A stretch of 64,000 nucleotides of DNA, taken from NCBI RefSeq assembly GCF_009914755.1, contig NC_060940.1; one strand, given 5' to 3'. Position numbers and translations under genes: made by a program. Every line of letters starts with the position of its first letter. The first letter of the stretch is position 1. The notes beneath the pieces were generated by a model. That model did no database searches, was not told the origin of the DNA, and saw only the letters and a list, made by a program, of their open reading frames with translations. This document shows, one piece after another, positions 44,001-57,500 of this stretch. This stretch comes from the human T2T-CHM13v2.0 reference genome, Homo sapiens.

Positions 44001-44270
44001 ACTTTATGGAATTGTTCTTAGAATGAAAGCATGACTTTCTTGAAAAGCCTCTAGGGTAGTACCTTGCATATGGTGGAAACTAGAATTACGGTTTTTCTTT
44101 TCTTTTTCTTTTCTCCCAGCCTGTAAATGTTATCTCTGATAGTAAGTCTCCTGACTACAATGAGTAGCTGATGGATGGGAAGGGGGGTTCCAATACACAG
44201 AATGAGCATCTAATGGGGAATGGGAAAAAACTAGAGGTCATATGAAGCCCTGTGTTTCTCAGTATACATC

Positions 44271-44400
44271 TACAGTGACCACATAACTTATTATCCAAAC
44301 CAGGACAATTTTGAAAGTAAAAGAAGTTGCTTTTAATAATTTAACTGGAACCAGGGACATAAACTGGGGCCAACCCAGATGAGCCATATATAAAAACCTA
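44271..44400 (+). mobile_element. MER94 hAT-Blackjack MITE
   Basis: GTGACCACATAACTTTATTATCCAAACCAGGACAATTTTGAAAGTAAAAG...TAATAATT...CATAAACTGGG matches recalled MER94. Confidence 0.7.
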
Positions 44401-45131
44401 CAAAAGTCCATCTTCCATCTGGCAAGTACAACTGAAATCAGATGCAAATTTCTCTATGCTTAGACTTGGAGTGTCTTCGTCCAAAACCTGGAAGGCCATG
44501 AGACAAATGATGGGCACGCAGGTACTCTTGGCTCCCATCCCAAGAAGGCTTAACAAACACTATATTCCAAAATTGGTTAAAGTTCGATGCCACCGTGTTG
44601 TGGGAGATGTTCCCCTTCCTCAGCTGTTATTTATGGTGCAGAGAAAAGGAACCACATTGATGATGGATCTGCTTTTATCAGATAAAAATGGGAGGAACAA
44701 TGAAAGATCATGGTGAGATATTGTGCAGGATTTCAGTAGGACACTTTAAAAATATATATTAGAGAAAATGAATTTTTCACTGGCTAAAACGTATCCATTT
44801 ACAGTCGGAGCATCCATATATTTATGAGTGTTTTAGCCCTCAAAATAGTAACCCAGGACAGAATAACAAACAGTCTCTTAATAGCCCTAATTTATCAGGC
44901 TCAGCAGTTTAAGAAAAATAAATAAAAAGAAACAGGAATGCAAGTGGGGGGGGGCCGAAATGAAAGCTGGAACCTGAAATACTGGAAATGGTACTGCCCA
45001 AAAGGTTATTCCAAGTCTGTCTTAAGAGAATGCATCCTTAGCCCAGAGAAAGCCTTTCGAAAGTGGCTTTAAAAGCATCTGAGGTTGGACCCTGAGTGGG
45101 TGAGGAAAGGTAAGGATAAACAAACCAGCCT

Positions 45132-45436
<305 letters not shown>

Positions 45437-45453
45437 GAAAGCAGCTTGACCCT

Positions 45454-46085
45454 TGTGAAGGTTTGTTTTATTTGGTTAAACGTTATTCTGGGTGTTTCTG
45501 GATGAGATTAACATTTGAATTGGTAGACTGAGTAGAGCAGTTTATCCTCTGTAATGGGGGTGGGCTGGAATGGAACAAAAAGCTGAGTAAGGGAGAAGTC
45601 ACTCTCTCTGCCTGAATGTCTTCAAGCTGGGACATTTGTCTCCTCCTGCCTTTAGACTTGGACTCAAACTGGAACTCTTCCATCAGCTCTCTTGGGTTTC
45701 TAGCTTGCTGACTGTAGATCTTAGGTTTCTCAGTCTACATAGTCACATGAGCCAAATTCCTTATAATAAATCTATATTTAGGAGATCTCTCTCTCTCTCT
45801 CTCTCTTTGTAATATCTATCTTTTTGAGAAAGAGAGAGAAAGATCTCCTATTGGCTCTGTCTCTCTAGAGAACCCAGACTAATACATATTTTAGTACTAG
45901 GAGTAGTTCTAGAGGAAGAGAATTTTAAGCATGTGAGTTTTCTGAATTGGATCTGGGGTTTCTAGAATTGGTTCTCTAATCTAATTAAATTTCAAGATGC
46001 TAAGAGCTCTATTTCCAGTAGTAAAGAGAGCATAAATAGTCCATGGCATGATCTGGCAATAGAGGTACCCAAAATATTTCACTAG
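45454..46085 (+). mobile_element. MLT2 (ERVL) LTR 45454-45886 plus start of ERVL internal sequence
   Basis: GGATGAGATTAACATTTGAATTGGTAGACTGAGTA...CTCCTATTGGCTCTGTCTCTCTAGAGAACCCAGACTAATACA, followed by TTTTAGTACTAGGAGTAGTTCTAGAGGAA (ERVL leader-like). Confidence 0.8.
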
Positions 46086-46579
46086 TGCAACCCTGTAACA
46101 CCATCGCCCTTTTATGAATGAAGGCCTTTGCTTTCACTTCTTCACCTTCATTTCTTTCAATTTGAGGACTCCAAATCCCAGTCTCCTAATTGTTTTCTTC
46201 ATTCTCCTGTCTCTTTCCTTGTCTGATGTCTTCTGTGACCTGCAACTGATTTATTTCAGCAGAACTGGTCTGATCATTGCCTTTCTCTGGGACACAAAGA
46301 TGCCACACAGTAGAAAGAACACAGAAGTTGGAGATAGATGGACATGGGTTGAAATCTCACTTCCGACACTTTTTGCTGTGTGACCCATGGCAAGTTATTG
46401 GACCTCTCTGAGTCTTGGTTTACCTTTCCAAGAAATTGGGTTGTTTACAAGGCCACCAACCCCATCCTCATATAACTTTCACTCATTATTAGAAATTTCT
46501 TTTTAACAATGGGCTGAAGTCTTCCTTCCTATAAGCTCCACCATCAACTAAAAATATCACTCATGGTGTTTTCAACTCA

Positions 46580-47290
46580 TGATTTCAGCCTAGCAAAAAA
46601 CATTATTTGCAATGTAAGTATTAGTTTCCTTAATACATAAATGCTTCTAAGAAATGAATATCAAAAACATAGCCCAATTAAAATGACAATAATAATAATA
46701 TTAGTCAAATGTCATGATCAAGAAATGGACAAAAGTAGAAACAAAAATGACCAACCAAAAATGAATATTTACAAAAAGATGATAACCTAAAGGGATAATT
46801 AAAGAAATTGAAATTAAAACAATGCATGTGAAATTTTAAAAGGTCAAAACATAGTTGTTCATGGGGATGGGGAGACTTTGAAATTAGTAAAACTTTTCTA
46901 GATGGCAGTTTAGAATATCTATCTTAAATATATAGAAACATTTTCACTCTGAAATTTCACTCAAGAAACTTTTATCTCAAGGATGATATTTTAAAGTGCA
47001 CAAAGATTTCTGTATAACGATGTTTATCATGTTATTTAAATTTCAGAAAATGTTAAAGCATTCCAAATACCCAACAACAAAAGATGGATGATGTAAAGAA
47101 AGATAAAATGTAATTCTTTGCAGACATTTAATATTATGCTTTGAAGAAAATGTAGTAACAGGCAAATGTGCATAAAACAATTACTAGAAGCAAATACACA
47201 GTAGTTATCTCAGGATGGTGGGATTACAGGTCATTACAGAAATATTTGAATATTTCCATATTTTGAAATTTTCATTTTCAAGGATGAAAG
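46580..47290 (+). mobile_element. Ancient L1ME-like 3' fragment
   Basis: A-rich; AAAACTTTTCTAGATGGCAGTTTAGAATATCTAT...GATGTTTATCA...AAATACCCAACAACA. Confidence 0.55.
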
Positions 47291-49478
47291 GAGGGAAGAA
47301 CAGAAGTTGGAAGGAGAAAGGGAGAGTAGACTCTGGCAAAGCAAAGTTTTGTTTCCACCATGCTTCTCTGGTGAATGCCAACTCAAATATTAGAAATAGT
47401 CACAAAAAAGGGGCAGAATTGGATGACTGGCTCACTCACTGGCTTGCTGTGTAAGTTTCTGCTCTATCCTTAACCTCCCTGCACCTCGGTTTCCTTCCTT
47501 GTCAGATAAGGATAAAAATTGCCAGCCGGGCATGTGAATTGGGTTGCCGAGATGATCAGAAGGGATACCATGCATGAAAGTGCTCATAAAACTGCAAAGT
47601 GCTCTACAAGTCCTGGATGGTGTAATTATTGCCTTCGTTAGTGTGATCATTCTCTCTTACTCTATTATCCTTGGCTGGAGAGCTGCTCGTCAGACTATGA
47701 AGTGTACTCGGTATTTCTACATACACAAAGTGAAGTGCATGCGGCTTCCCAGACCTATTTGAACAGATCTGGCATCAAGAGAGAGCCAAACAGACAACGA
47801 AGACCTCTGTGGCCAAGTGGCAGGAGCACATGTGGTTCTGAGAGAACCAACTTGACACTGGATGACCTAGGCCAGAGTCCAACTTGCCCATGGTGCACTC
47901 AGACACCTCACTCTACCCCGCTGAGTCCCATGCATTCATCTGTCACATAGAGAGAGTGATGCCAGTCTTGATTCTATCACATGATTATTTGGGAGGATAC
48001 ATCCACAGCATGTGTGTGAGTACTAACAACCACCAACCCATACAAATAGACCCAGCATTGAGACCGTTATGTCATCTCAACCACAGTCCAGAAAATGCAG
48101 ACATACAGAATGTAGTTCTTGAAGTTACTAAGCAATATGGAGCAGATAGGCTCTATGGACAAAGCTTTTCAGAATCACTGGATTTTAGATCATAAAATTA
48201 TTATTATTCTATAGTATTAATATGCCTGTAAGACTTCTCAAAAGTTTTAATATTCTCTTGTATATATGAATTTCCAAGAACTGTTTACATTTCCCAAACA
48301 CCTTTGGACCATGGAACCCTCTTTTAATGAAGCATCCAGCTCATGATCCTTGGCACAAACCTGGTAAATGTTGACATGAGACAAAATTTACTACAAAGCC
48401 AGGGCAGCTGAGTCTCAGCCTTGTTTCTCTGCTGCCTGGCACTCCGGGGCCCTTTCATTCTAAATGAGATATAGCACCTTATTCCCTTGAAAGCAACTAT
48501 TACTCTTACCCATTTATGCACATTAATGCCAACATGCCTTAGCCTCTCACCTATCACCTTCACATTAATGATTTGATTTGAATTAATTCATCCATCTCTC
48601 TTTCCATTCATCCATGCATCAATCTATTCATCCATACATTTATTGCCATTTAACAGACTGAAAAACTGAGGATCAGGAATATAAGGTATTTTGTCTCAGG
48701 TTAAGTAGAGCTTAGATTCCAACCTAGATAGATCTGGTTCCAAAGTCTACTGTCTCTTCATTGTATCACAACCCTCCACTTCCCCGCCACTACCACTAGG
48801 CCCCATAGCAGAGAGAGTCAGGAAATCAAAGAAGAAGGAGAGGAGAAGAAAGCCACATCAAGACAATGATATCCAAGAGCGTCTGAGTCCCAGAGTAGTA
48901 GAGAGAAATCTGGCAAGTGGAGGGAAGCTAACAGTCCCCTTAACACTGAAGGTGAGAGCTGACCTTGGGAAATGATGCTCGTCACTCTACCATACCAGAA
49001 TGATCATTAGACATTGACCTTTGGAGCCAACAAGATTTAAGTTTAGATCTGAGATCGAAAATGTACTAGCCACATACCATCACTGAGCCTGGTTTTCTTC
49101 TCAATAAATTCTGATAATACCAGAAGGCTTTGAGCGTTCGATGAACTAATAATGTGTCCTTTATAGGCCTTAGTGAAGCTCCTGGCCAAATGTTCAGTAA
49201 ACGGTACCTTGTTTGATGCATTCTATCCCCAAGCTGATGTTGTCTGGAGAAATACCCATTCCCACTCATTGAGTCACCATGAATGGGGGGCTCACCATGG
49301 CCAAGGGTGCTTTCTGGAAAAATAAAAAGGAGGAGGAGATCAGAGTCTATTTGATCTCGTTTACGTTTCTACTTCTCTTAGCAGAACTTGGTGCAGTAGG
49401 AGACTTTTTTAAGCACTCTGCAAAATCAGCTGAAATTTCCAAGGCTCGCCCATGTCTGAAGAAGACTGTAAAGACTGT

Positions 49479-49552
49479 GAATTTCTTCAGACTTGGTTGT
49501 TCTTTCCACAGAGATGAGTTTGTGGAAAGAAAAACCAAGTCTGAACAAATTT
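49479..49552 (+). other. Long near-perfect hairpin (pre-miRNA-like; function unproven)
   Basis: 34-position stem (30 WC pairs, 2 G-U, 2 mismatches) closing a 6-nt loop GATGAG. Confidence 0.85.
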
Positions 49553-50581
49553 TACCATGACTAATGATACCAGTAACAACAATGGTAGCAGCAACCACTG
49601 CTTTGACCAAAACCACGTTATATGCTTCCTAATGTTATATTTTCTCAAATCTGCTTTTTATTTGTTACTGATACCAGATCAGCAGCCTTTCTGAGGCAGC
49701 CCTGGAAGATCCTGCACATGTTTCCCTTTTGTCTCTTTGTCCTTTAAAAAAAAGAAGAAAGTGTTCCTTGTCATAGCTTGTCCTGCACTGCAAAGGGCAC
49801 TGTACATAAAGACTGTGTTTTAGTTGAGGACACGGGGAGCAGAAAAGCTTGACTAATTATGTTACTAATCACTTGAAGCATCTTCCATGTGACAATGTAA
49901 TTATGTCAGAGTAAGGTGAAATGTCTCAACTACTTAGGAAAAATAAAGGAGAAGCCCCCTCCTCACCACTGCTCCCCCTTTCTGTTATCCTGGCCTCATT
50001 TTGAAACTTTCTTTCAACTCAGAGGTCATTTACAAAAAATGAGGCCACAGCTCTCTCTCTCTCTCTTAAGCCATGAAGGGCCATCTAATAACTGTTAGAT
50101 TCCTCCGCCCACCCCCAATGGCAGGATTTTGGTGAATAAATGAAGTTTGCTCAAAAGAAATAGACCTTTCAAGTGTTTACCTGCTCACTCTATTGTCCTT
50201 GGTTAAGGTTCAGTTCTCAGAGGGGTGTGACCTCCAGCAGGATCTTTAAGGATGTCACAGAAGGCTCAGACATGTGAAAGCAAATAATAGTTCTTTCTTG
50301 TGGTCAGAGCCTGAACACACCAGATTTGGAGTAGACATCCGTTCTGAGATGCCTGAGATTAATCAGCCTGGTAGATGGAAGACTAACACGAAAGCAAGGA
50401 AGTCGACAGACATTTATAGAAAGATGTGCAGAAAGATGAGCCAGGTTAATAGAATCTTCACTCCAAGCGACTTGCACAGCTGATGGTGAAACAGCCCTCA
50501 CTCTCTTTCCCTTGACCTCTTGGAACCACAGTTTCCTAAATGGTAAAACAACCGGTCAGATGAACATCTTGATAGAGTGGA

Positions 50582-50719
50582 TGGTCTAGAGACCAGCCAC
50601 ATCGGCATCACCTGGAAGCTTATTAAAACCGCAGAATCTCAGGTCCCTCCCAGACCTACTGCATTTTAGAAAGATCCCCCCAAGGCAATTCATGTACACA
50701 TTAAAGTTTGAGAAGCCCA
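50582..50719 (+). mobile_element. MER5A hAT MITE
   Basis: CATCGGCATCACCTGGAAGCTTATTAAAACCGCAGAATCTCAGG...CCCAGACCTACTG...CACATTAAAGTTTGAGAAGC. Confidence 0.85.
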
Positions 50720-50868
50720 GAAACAGCCTATATTCCTGACATACTTTCTTTGTTCCTTTCTCTAAAGACAGTTTCAAATTAACAGGGACCACTGGTAGCC
50801 TCATATTCTGCTCCAAAATACTCACCAACATCCTTCTCATCTTAACTATCACCCAAGAAACCACATTC

Positions 50869-51211
50869 TAGCCAGGTGCAGTGGCTCATGCCTATAATCC
50901 CAGCACTTTGGGAGGCCAAGGAGGGAAGATCGTTTGAGCTCAGCAGTTCAAAACCAGCCTAGGCAACACAGTGAGACCCTGTCTCTACTAAAATTAAAAA
51001 AAAAAAGAAAAAGAAAAAGAAAAAAGAAAATTAGCTAGGCATAGTGGTGCAGGCCTATAGTCCCAGATACTTGGGGGGCTGAGTGGGGAGGAGGATCCCT
51101 TGAGCCTGGGAGGTAGAGGCTGCCATGGGTAGAGATTGCACCTCTGCACTCCAGCCTGGGAAACAGAGTGAGACCCTGTCTGAAAAAAAAAAAAGAGAGA
51201 GAGAAAGAAAA
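50869..51211 (+). mobile_element. Alu SINE (AluJ) with expanded A-rich linker
   Basis: AluJ diagnostics (GAGGATCCCTTGAGCCTGGGAGGTAGAGGCTGC, GAGACCCTGTC); perfect TSD AAGAAACCACATTC (50855-50868, 51212-51225). Confidence 0.95.
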
Positions 51212-52330
51212 AAGAAACCACATTCCCCCAGGCCCTTGCTTCCATCCATTTCTAGAAAGACTCTGACAGACCAAGTTTCCAGCAGGTGTGGCAAATGCAT
51301 GTCATCTTGGATTGACTGGCTCTGCCTACCCAGAGTGCTGTTTGGATAAAGGATCATTAGGCAGCATCAAGATCCAGCAGGAAAGAGTTCTGTGATCAAT
51401 TAGTGATGTCTGCTATAGGTGCAGGCTGGGAATCTCAGATGTGTTCAATTATATCTTGCTGAATTAACATTTTAAAAACAGGACTTGGAGGCAGAGCAGT
51501 GATGAGGAAAACCCTGAGAATCAACCAACCAGGGCTCGTAGACTCCATTCTCGATTTCAGACCTTACTTTCTTCATCTTTAAAATAAACGTGTTGAACAT
51601 GGACCACAAAAAGCCCTTCCTGCCCTAAGGTTCTCTGATCCCATGGGTCTGTGATCACATGTGTATATGTCACATCCCACATGTACATGTTCCCAGGACA
51701 GCAGATTTTGTTCCTATGTCACAACAATCCTAGCTTCCCTTAAATCAGAGCACTCCTCTTAAATAATAATCTGGTGGTGTTTGTGGGGTAGGGAGGAGAA
51801 GAGGGGAGGTTAAGAGATATGGGAGGAGAAGCTGCCAAGCATGCTGACCTGAAGCAGGGCCCCAGCCCTCTACCTCTGCCAGGCATCTGTTTCCAATGAA
51901 ACTAAGGAAATTCCTGACCCACTCCCGCATGCTCTCGTTGCTGCCCTGCTCTCGCCTCTACATTGGCCTCTCCCCTCTGTAGGCTCTGAGCCAAGTCCAA
52001 AATCCCCATGGGCTCTCAGGGGCCAGGAAACAGGACAAAACCTAGAGCCGTGACTCCTCTGGTGGTGGCTAGCTGCCAGCTTTGATTATCTGAGGTTGTC
52101 TAAGGGTACCTAAGAGGAAACTTTGCCCTTGAAGTGTGTCTGAAGTCTACCAGAGGTGATCCAGGACTCTAAACATGGCTGTGTGCTGAGAAGAGAATTC
52201 CGAACTGAACCAGATCTCAGTGATGTGGCTTTTCTGGAGAAATCCACCCACCTGTATCAAAAATGTATGTTACTGCCCAATACTGCAAAACAGAAGGTGG
52301 AAATTCACCTAGAAATTCATAAGTGAAAGG

Positions 52331-52554
52331 CTGTGGGTCTCAACTGGGGGTAATTTTGCTCCTCTGGGGACATTTGGCAATGTCAGGGGATGGTTTGGGT
52401 TGTCACAAGTAGAGAGGGGGGTGCTACTGGCATCTAGTTGGCAAAGAGTAGCAAGAGATGGCAAGAGATGCTGATAAACTTCCTACAACATACAGGGAGC
52501 TCCCCACAACAAAGAATTATCCAATCCCAAATGTCAATAGCTTGAGAAATTCTG
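52331..52554 (+). mobile_element. MER20 hAT-Charlie MITE
   Basis: TCTCAACTGGGGGTAATTTTGC...GGGACATTTGGCAATGTC...GCTACTGGCATCTAGT...CCCCACAACAAAGAATTATCC...CAAATGTCAATAG. Confidence 0.85.
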
Positions 52555-52908
52555 ATGGTAAGATAAGTTTGGATGACCAAGTACATGCCCCTAGTTTACA
52601 GATTAGGAAGCTTCAGTCCAGAGAAGGATAGAGACTTGCTACTGGTAGCACAGTGAGCTAAATCAGGTTCTCTGGCTCCATCCACCCAGCTGTATGCTTA
52701 GGGAAGGTAGAAAAGGAAAAAGAAAACTGGCCCCAAGGATAGGCCCAGCTCTAGCTTATAGCAAGTGACTGAAGAGACTGAATAGAATATGGGAGTGATG
52801 AGCTTTAAATAGTCACCATACCCACTAGCAAAACATGTTTCAATGATGCTCCTGGGCTCATCCAGTTTATGACTACTTCCTCCTCATTGGTAATAAAGAA
52901 AGGAGTGG

Positions 52909-53295
<387 letters not shown>

Positions 53296-53939
53296 CTATA
53301 CTTACTGTTGACCACAAAGAAGCTCGAACAACATGTTTGAGCTTGGCAGAGGAACTACCCTATTTGTTCCTCTAAAAAGTGTCTCCTGGAACACTGTTTT
53401 GAGACGTGTAGGGCACATCATTTGCTGGTCTCAGGAAGTAAGTACACTGTCATTCTGCCTCTAATTTGCAATCTCCATCATGAAGAGTGGAGATCTGGCC
53501 CACATTAATCCCAATTCAGAAAAGCAGTACTGAAGTCTGAAGGCTGGGTCAGAGGCATTTCCTTATGGTCTTTCTTCAAAGTTATTCTGATGACTCACCT
53601 GTCAGGACAGCAGTACCTTCCAAAATAGATGAAGTAGACGGAAGCATTGACATGAGCCTCTGTCCCATAATCTCCATTTGGTTAAGACTGTCCCTAGTCC
53701 ATAAAATCTAACCGAGTATCTCATGTCATCCAAGGGGACTTTTTTTTTTATCACAACCTGCCTCAGCTTTACATACACAGATGCACTTGAAATGTCCATC
53801 TCTAAATGGCCCCAAATTATGTCAAGGTCAGGGTTTACTCTGCAGGGACTTTCTGAAGCCTGTAGCCTCAACATCTCTTTCATGGTTCTGCCAACCAAAT
53901 CTTTACCACTGACATTCCTACAGCATATACAGAAGTCAG

Positions 53940-54560
53940 TCTCATTCTTTAAATCAATATATATTCTGATTTTAAAAGCACTGTCCTTAAAATGCAGAAT
54001 ATATACACACAAAAGTTACCTGAAATAACCCCACAAAGAAATGACCAGTGTTAAATAGTAGCATATATTCCTTCACATTTTTTCAATATATGTGTGTGCA
54101 TTCATCTATATCTACCACTAGATAGCATACACAAACACAAATAGTTTAAGTTTAGTCTCATTGCCTACAGAATTTCATCATCTGTTATTTTATTAAACTA
54201 TGTATCACAAGTTTCTTTTCCTGTCATTAAGTTCTTTTATATATCATTGCTCCATGGCATTCTATTGTATCAATTTACCATAATTCCTATCTTACAATTA
54301 GATGACTTTTTCCTATTAATACTCTAAAAAACACTGTAATGAACATCTTTCTTGAGGATCTCAAATCTGTTAGGAGAAACAGAATTGTGAACAAGCATTT
54401 ATCACAATGATGCAATAAGTACTATACTATTGGTATATTATGACTTTGAGTGCATCTGTGGTTTACTAAGGTGAATTATTTCAAGAGAAACTTCTGGGAC
54501 AGAAGTGCATGTTCCATTTTTATGACTTTTGAGATGTGCCTTCAAGTTGAAAGGTAAATT
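53940..54560 (-). mobile_element. Ancient L1ME-like fragment
   Basis: GCATTCTATTGTATCAATTTACCATAATT...ACACTGTAATGAACATCTT. Boundaries approximate. Confidence 0.5.
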
Positions 54561-57500
54561 TTTTAAAAAATATTGAGAGCCTCTGTTTCAGAATGCAGGC
54601 ACATGAGCACTCACATTGGAAAACTAAATGAAATAGCTCCTTTTGCCAAGAATTTGGTAAGTAAAGGTCTAATTCTAGTCCCAAATCCTTGTAGCTAACT
54701 TCTCATTGCTTTTATACCTGCAATTCAGTAAGTGACCACCAGTAGCCACTCTTTGGAGGATGACTGAAAACAGTCACAGAGGTATTCAACAACTGTAAAT
54801 ACACCAGTATTATAGTACTTATTGCATCATTATGATAAATGCTTGTTCACAATTCTGTTTCTCCAGTCAGATTTGGGATCCTCAAGAAAAGGAGTCACAT
54901 ATCCTGAATCTCAGAAAACCTGAAAATAATCAAATTGTCTTCCATAGAATGCCTATTTATTTTTGGAGTTGAAAAGTTGTCACCAATATCTAAACAAAAG
55001 CCACAATAAAATCTACATAATGAGGATTCCAGAAAGGCCATAGTGAAATTTTGCTGAATAAAATAGTAGACACCATCTTTAGTGTGGATCCTAGTGTCAG
55101 CGTAGAAATAAGTGTACTTTTTAATTCTCCCATAGAGAGGAATATATTTAAATGAAACTATTTCTTAGAAGAGAATATATAATTTATAATAAAGAAAAAA
55201 CTTAAAAATATAAAAATGTTGTTAGTGATATCTTAGGGTAACCAGCCAAAGGATGACATTTCTTTCCTGGTTTCCAATGCATACTTCTCAGAACAGATTA
55301 GGCTGCAAATGGAAATAAAAGTGTATATCATTCCAGGTCCTAGAAAACAGACGGTGAGAGGCAAGTTCGTTCATTTCAAAAACAGAGGGGCTGACTTTGA
55401 ACTGCTTGATGGTGAACAAACCAACCTTCCCTGTGATGTCTGGCTAAGGATTCTTTCTACATTGAGTGCCAAGGACATTTAATGTATGATATTTGATTTG
55501 CTGGGTGCAAAGCTCAGATGGGGCTTGGAAAATCCATCTGTACTCTCAAAGCTTTTCAAAGGGAAACAAGGTTACTAACATTTATGCAGGCTTTAATATC
55601 GTGTATCAGGCAATGGGAGTGAAAGAACTCATTGAGTCAATGGGATGGATCTGGCTGATAGGCTCTCAGAACAATAAAGATAGTGGTGAATTTTGGCCAG
55701 GACTCCAAGGTACATTAGAATCATACTCTTTAAGAGGCAGAAAGTAAGCCTCACAGAAGGAAAGTAACACACCCAAGATCACACAGCTTGTTAGAAACCG
55801 AGCCAAAACAAAGAAATGAAAATACATGGTTAATTGACTTGCAGGTTAGCATTCTTTCTCTCTTCTCAATTCTGTTTTGCTCTTTTATCTCCCATGTGTT
55901 TCATTTCATTGAAACATGAATGTCGGTGATAAAGTAAAGCCTTCATGTCTGACTTGGGATCATCCTCTGTAGGCTGAATGACATGCTAGAAGGGGTGTTA
56001 AAAGATCAATGATATTTGAGACCTAGTGGACATTATTCCAAAAGGTGGCAATGTTATAATGACAAAAAAAAATACATTTTGGGGTAAGAGGACAAGGCCT
56101 TGCAATTCTGAGTAGGATTTTTATTAAGAATATCTCCAAGCCTTCTCCTCTTCTTTAATCCTGTGGCTTTCACATCTTTTACCTGTACAACTTCAATGGA
56201 CTGCTCTCTCAGTCAATGTCCAGGTAGAATTATAGAAATGATTCTAAGTATTTACACAGGAGGAATTGAATACAGAATTTAGGTTACACTAGTGAAGGAA
56301 GAGCTGAGAATCCAAATAAGTGAGAGAATATAGAGATTCACAGCATCAGAAAGCTGTGAACCTCCTTAGATTTCAAAGGCAATGGGATGAGTTGGCATTA
56401 CTAGAGTCTAGGATCTGGAATCATCTAGTGGAAGCTAAAGCCATGGTAGATCTATTTAGAGAGGAATGGAAGGGGAGGAGGGAAAGAAAGAGTGAAAAAA
56501 TAGAAAGAGAAATAAAACAAGTACCCTGGCTTCTCCCTGAAGCTCTGGAGCAAAGATCAAAGAAAAAGCAAAGGATGGGCCTGAGTGCCAACAGATCCAA
56601 ACCCAATTCACTCCTAAATTGTTTCATTGCCTCTGTTTCTACCTTGCACCATCTGTCCACTAGAACACTCCTTGAGTGATCTAACATGCAAGTCCAATAT
56701 TGTCATCTCAGGCTTTAAATTCTTTTGTGGCTCCTATTGCACTTTGGGAAAATGACCCTCACCCCAGCACAACATACAAGATTAACCTGTAAGTGAATTC
56801 ATTTAATTATTCCTTTTTAATTGATATATAATCATTGTATATATTCATGGAGGACATAGTAATGTCTCAATATATACAGCGTGATAAGATCAGCATATTC
56901 ACAGTCAGACCAAAGCTACTGCAATGTTTTTACTCTGAAATTGCCCATCTATCAGCTTCAGGAGGGAGACGGCGTATTGTGAGTTGCACCAGGCTGACAC
57001 ATGATGATGAAAGATGTGAGTAGAGACCATTCCAGCTGGAAGAAGATGATCATGGCAAAGAGGTGAGGGTGCACAGCGTGAGAGCTCAGAGAAAGCTAGA
57101 GCTGGTCTTCAGACCATAGGCACCGTGGTTCCAAAACCTACCCTTGAGAAAATGAAGGTATATGGTCTCAGGAAGAGGAAACTCTTTCTTTACACCTCCC
57201 ATGTGGATGTATCAAGCACCTTGCACACGCTAGGCATGTGACAGAGACAGTGTAAGGGCAAGCTAAATATGCAACTAAGGCCAAAGGACCTTGAGTACCA
57301 TGCCTAGGAGCCTGAATTTCATTTGTGGGTAGGTGACGCAAGACCATCTAGGTAGTGAAACCCATTCTCACTCCACTGGGAAGCAAGATCTGGAGGGAAG
57401 GAAGTTGGAGGAAGACCTTCTGTGGGAACGGCTACAGCCCCCACCCAGCCCAACAGAGCACATTCTCTTCCAGCTCCAACTCAAGTTGTGCCCACACTCC

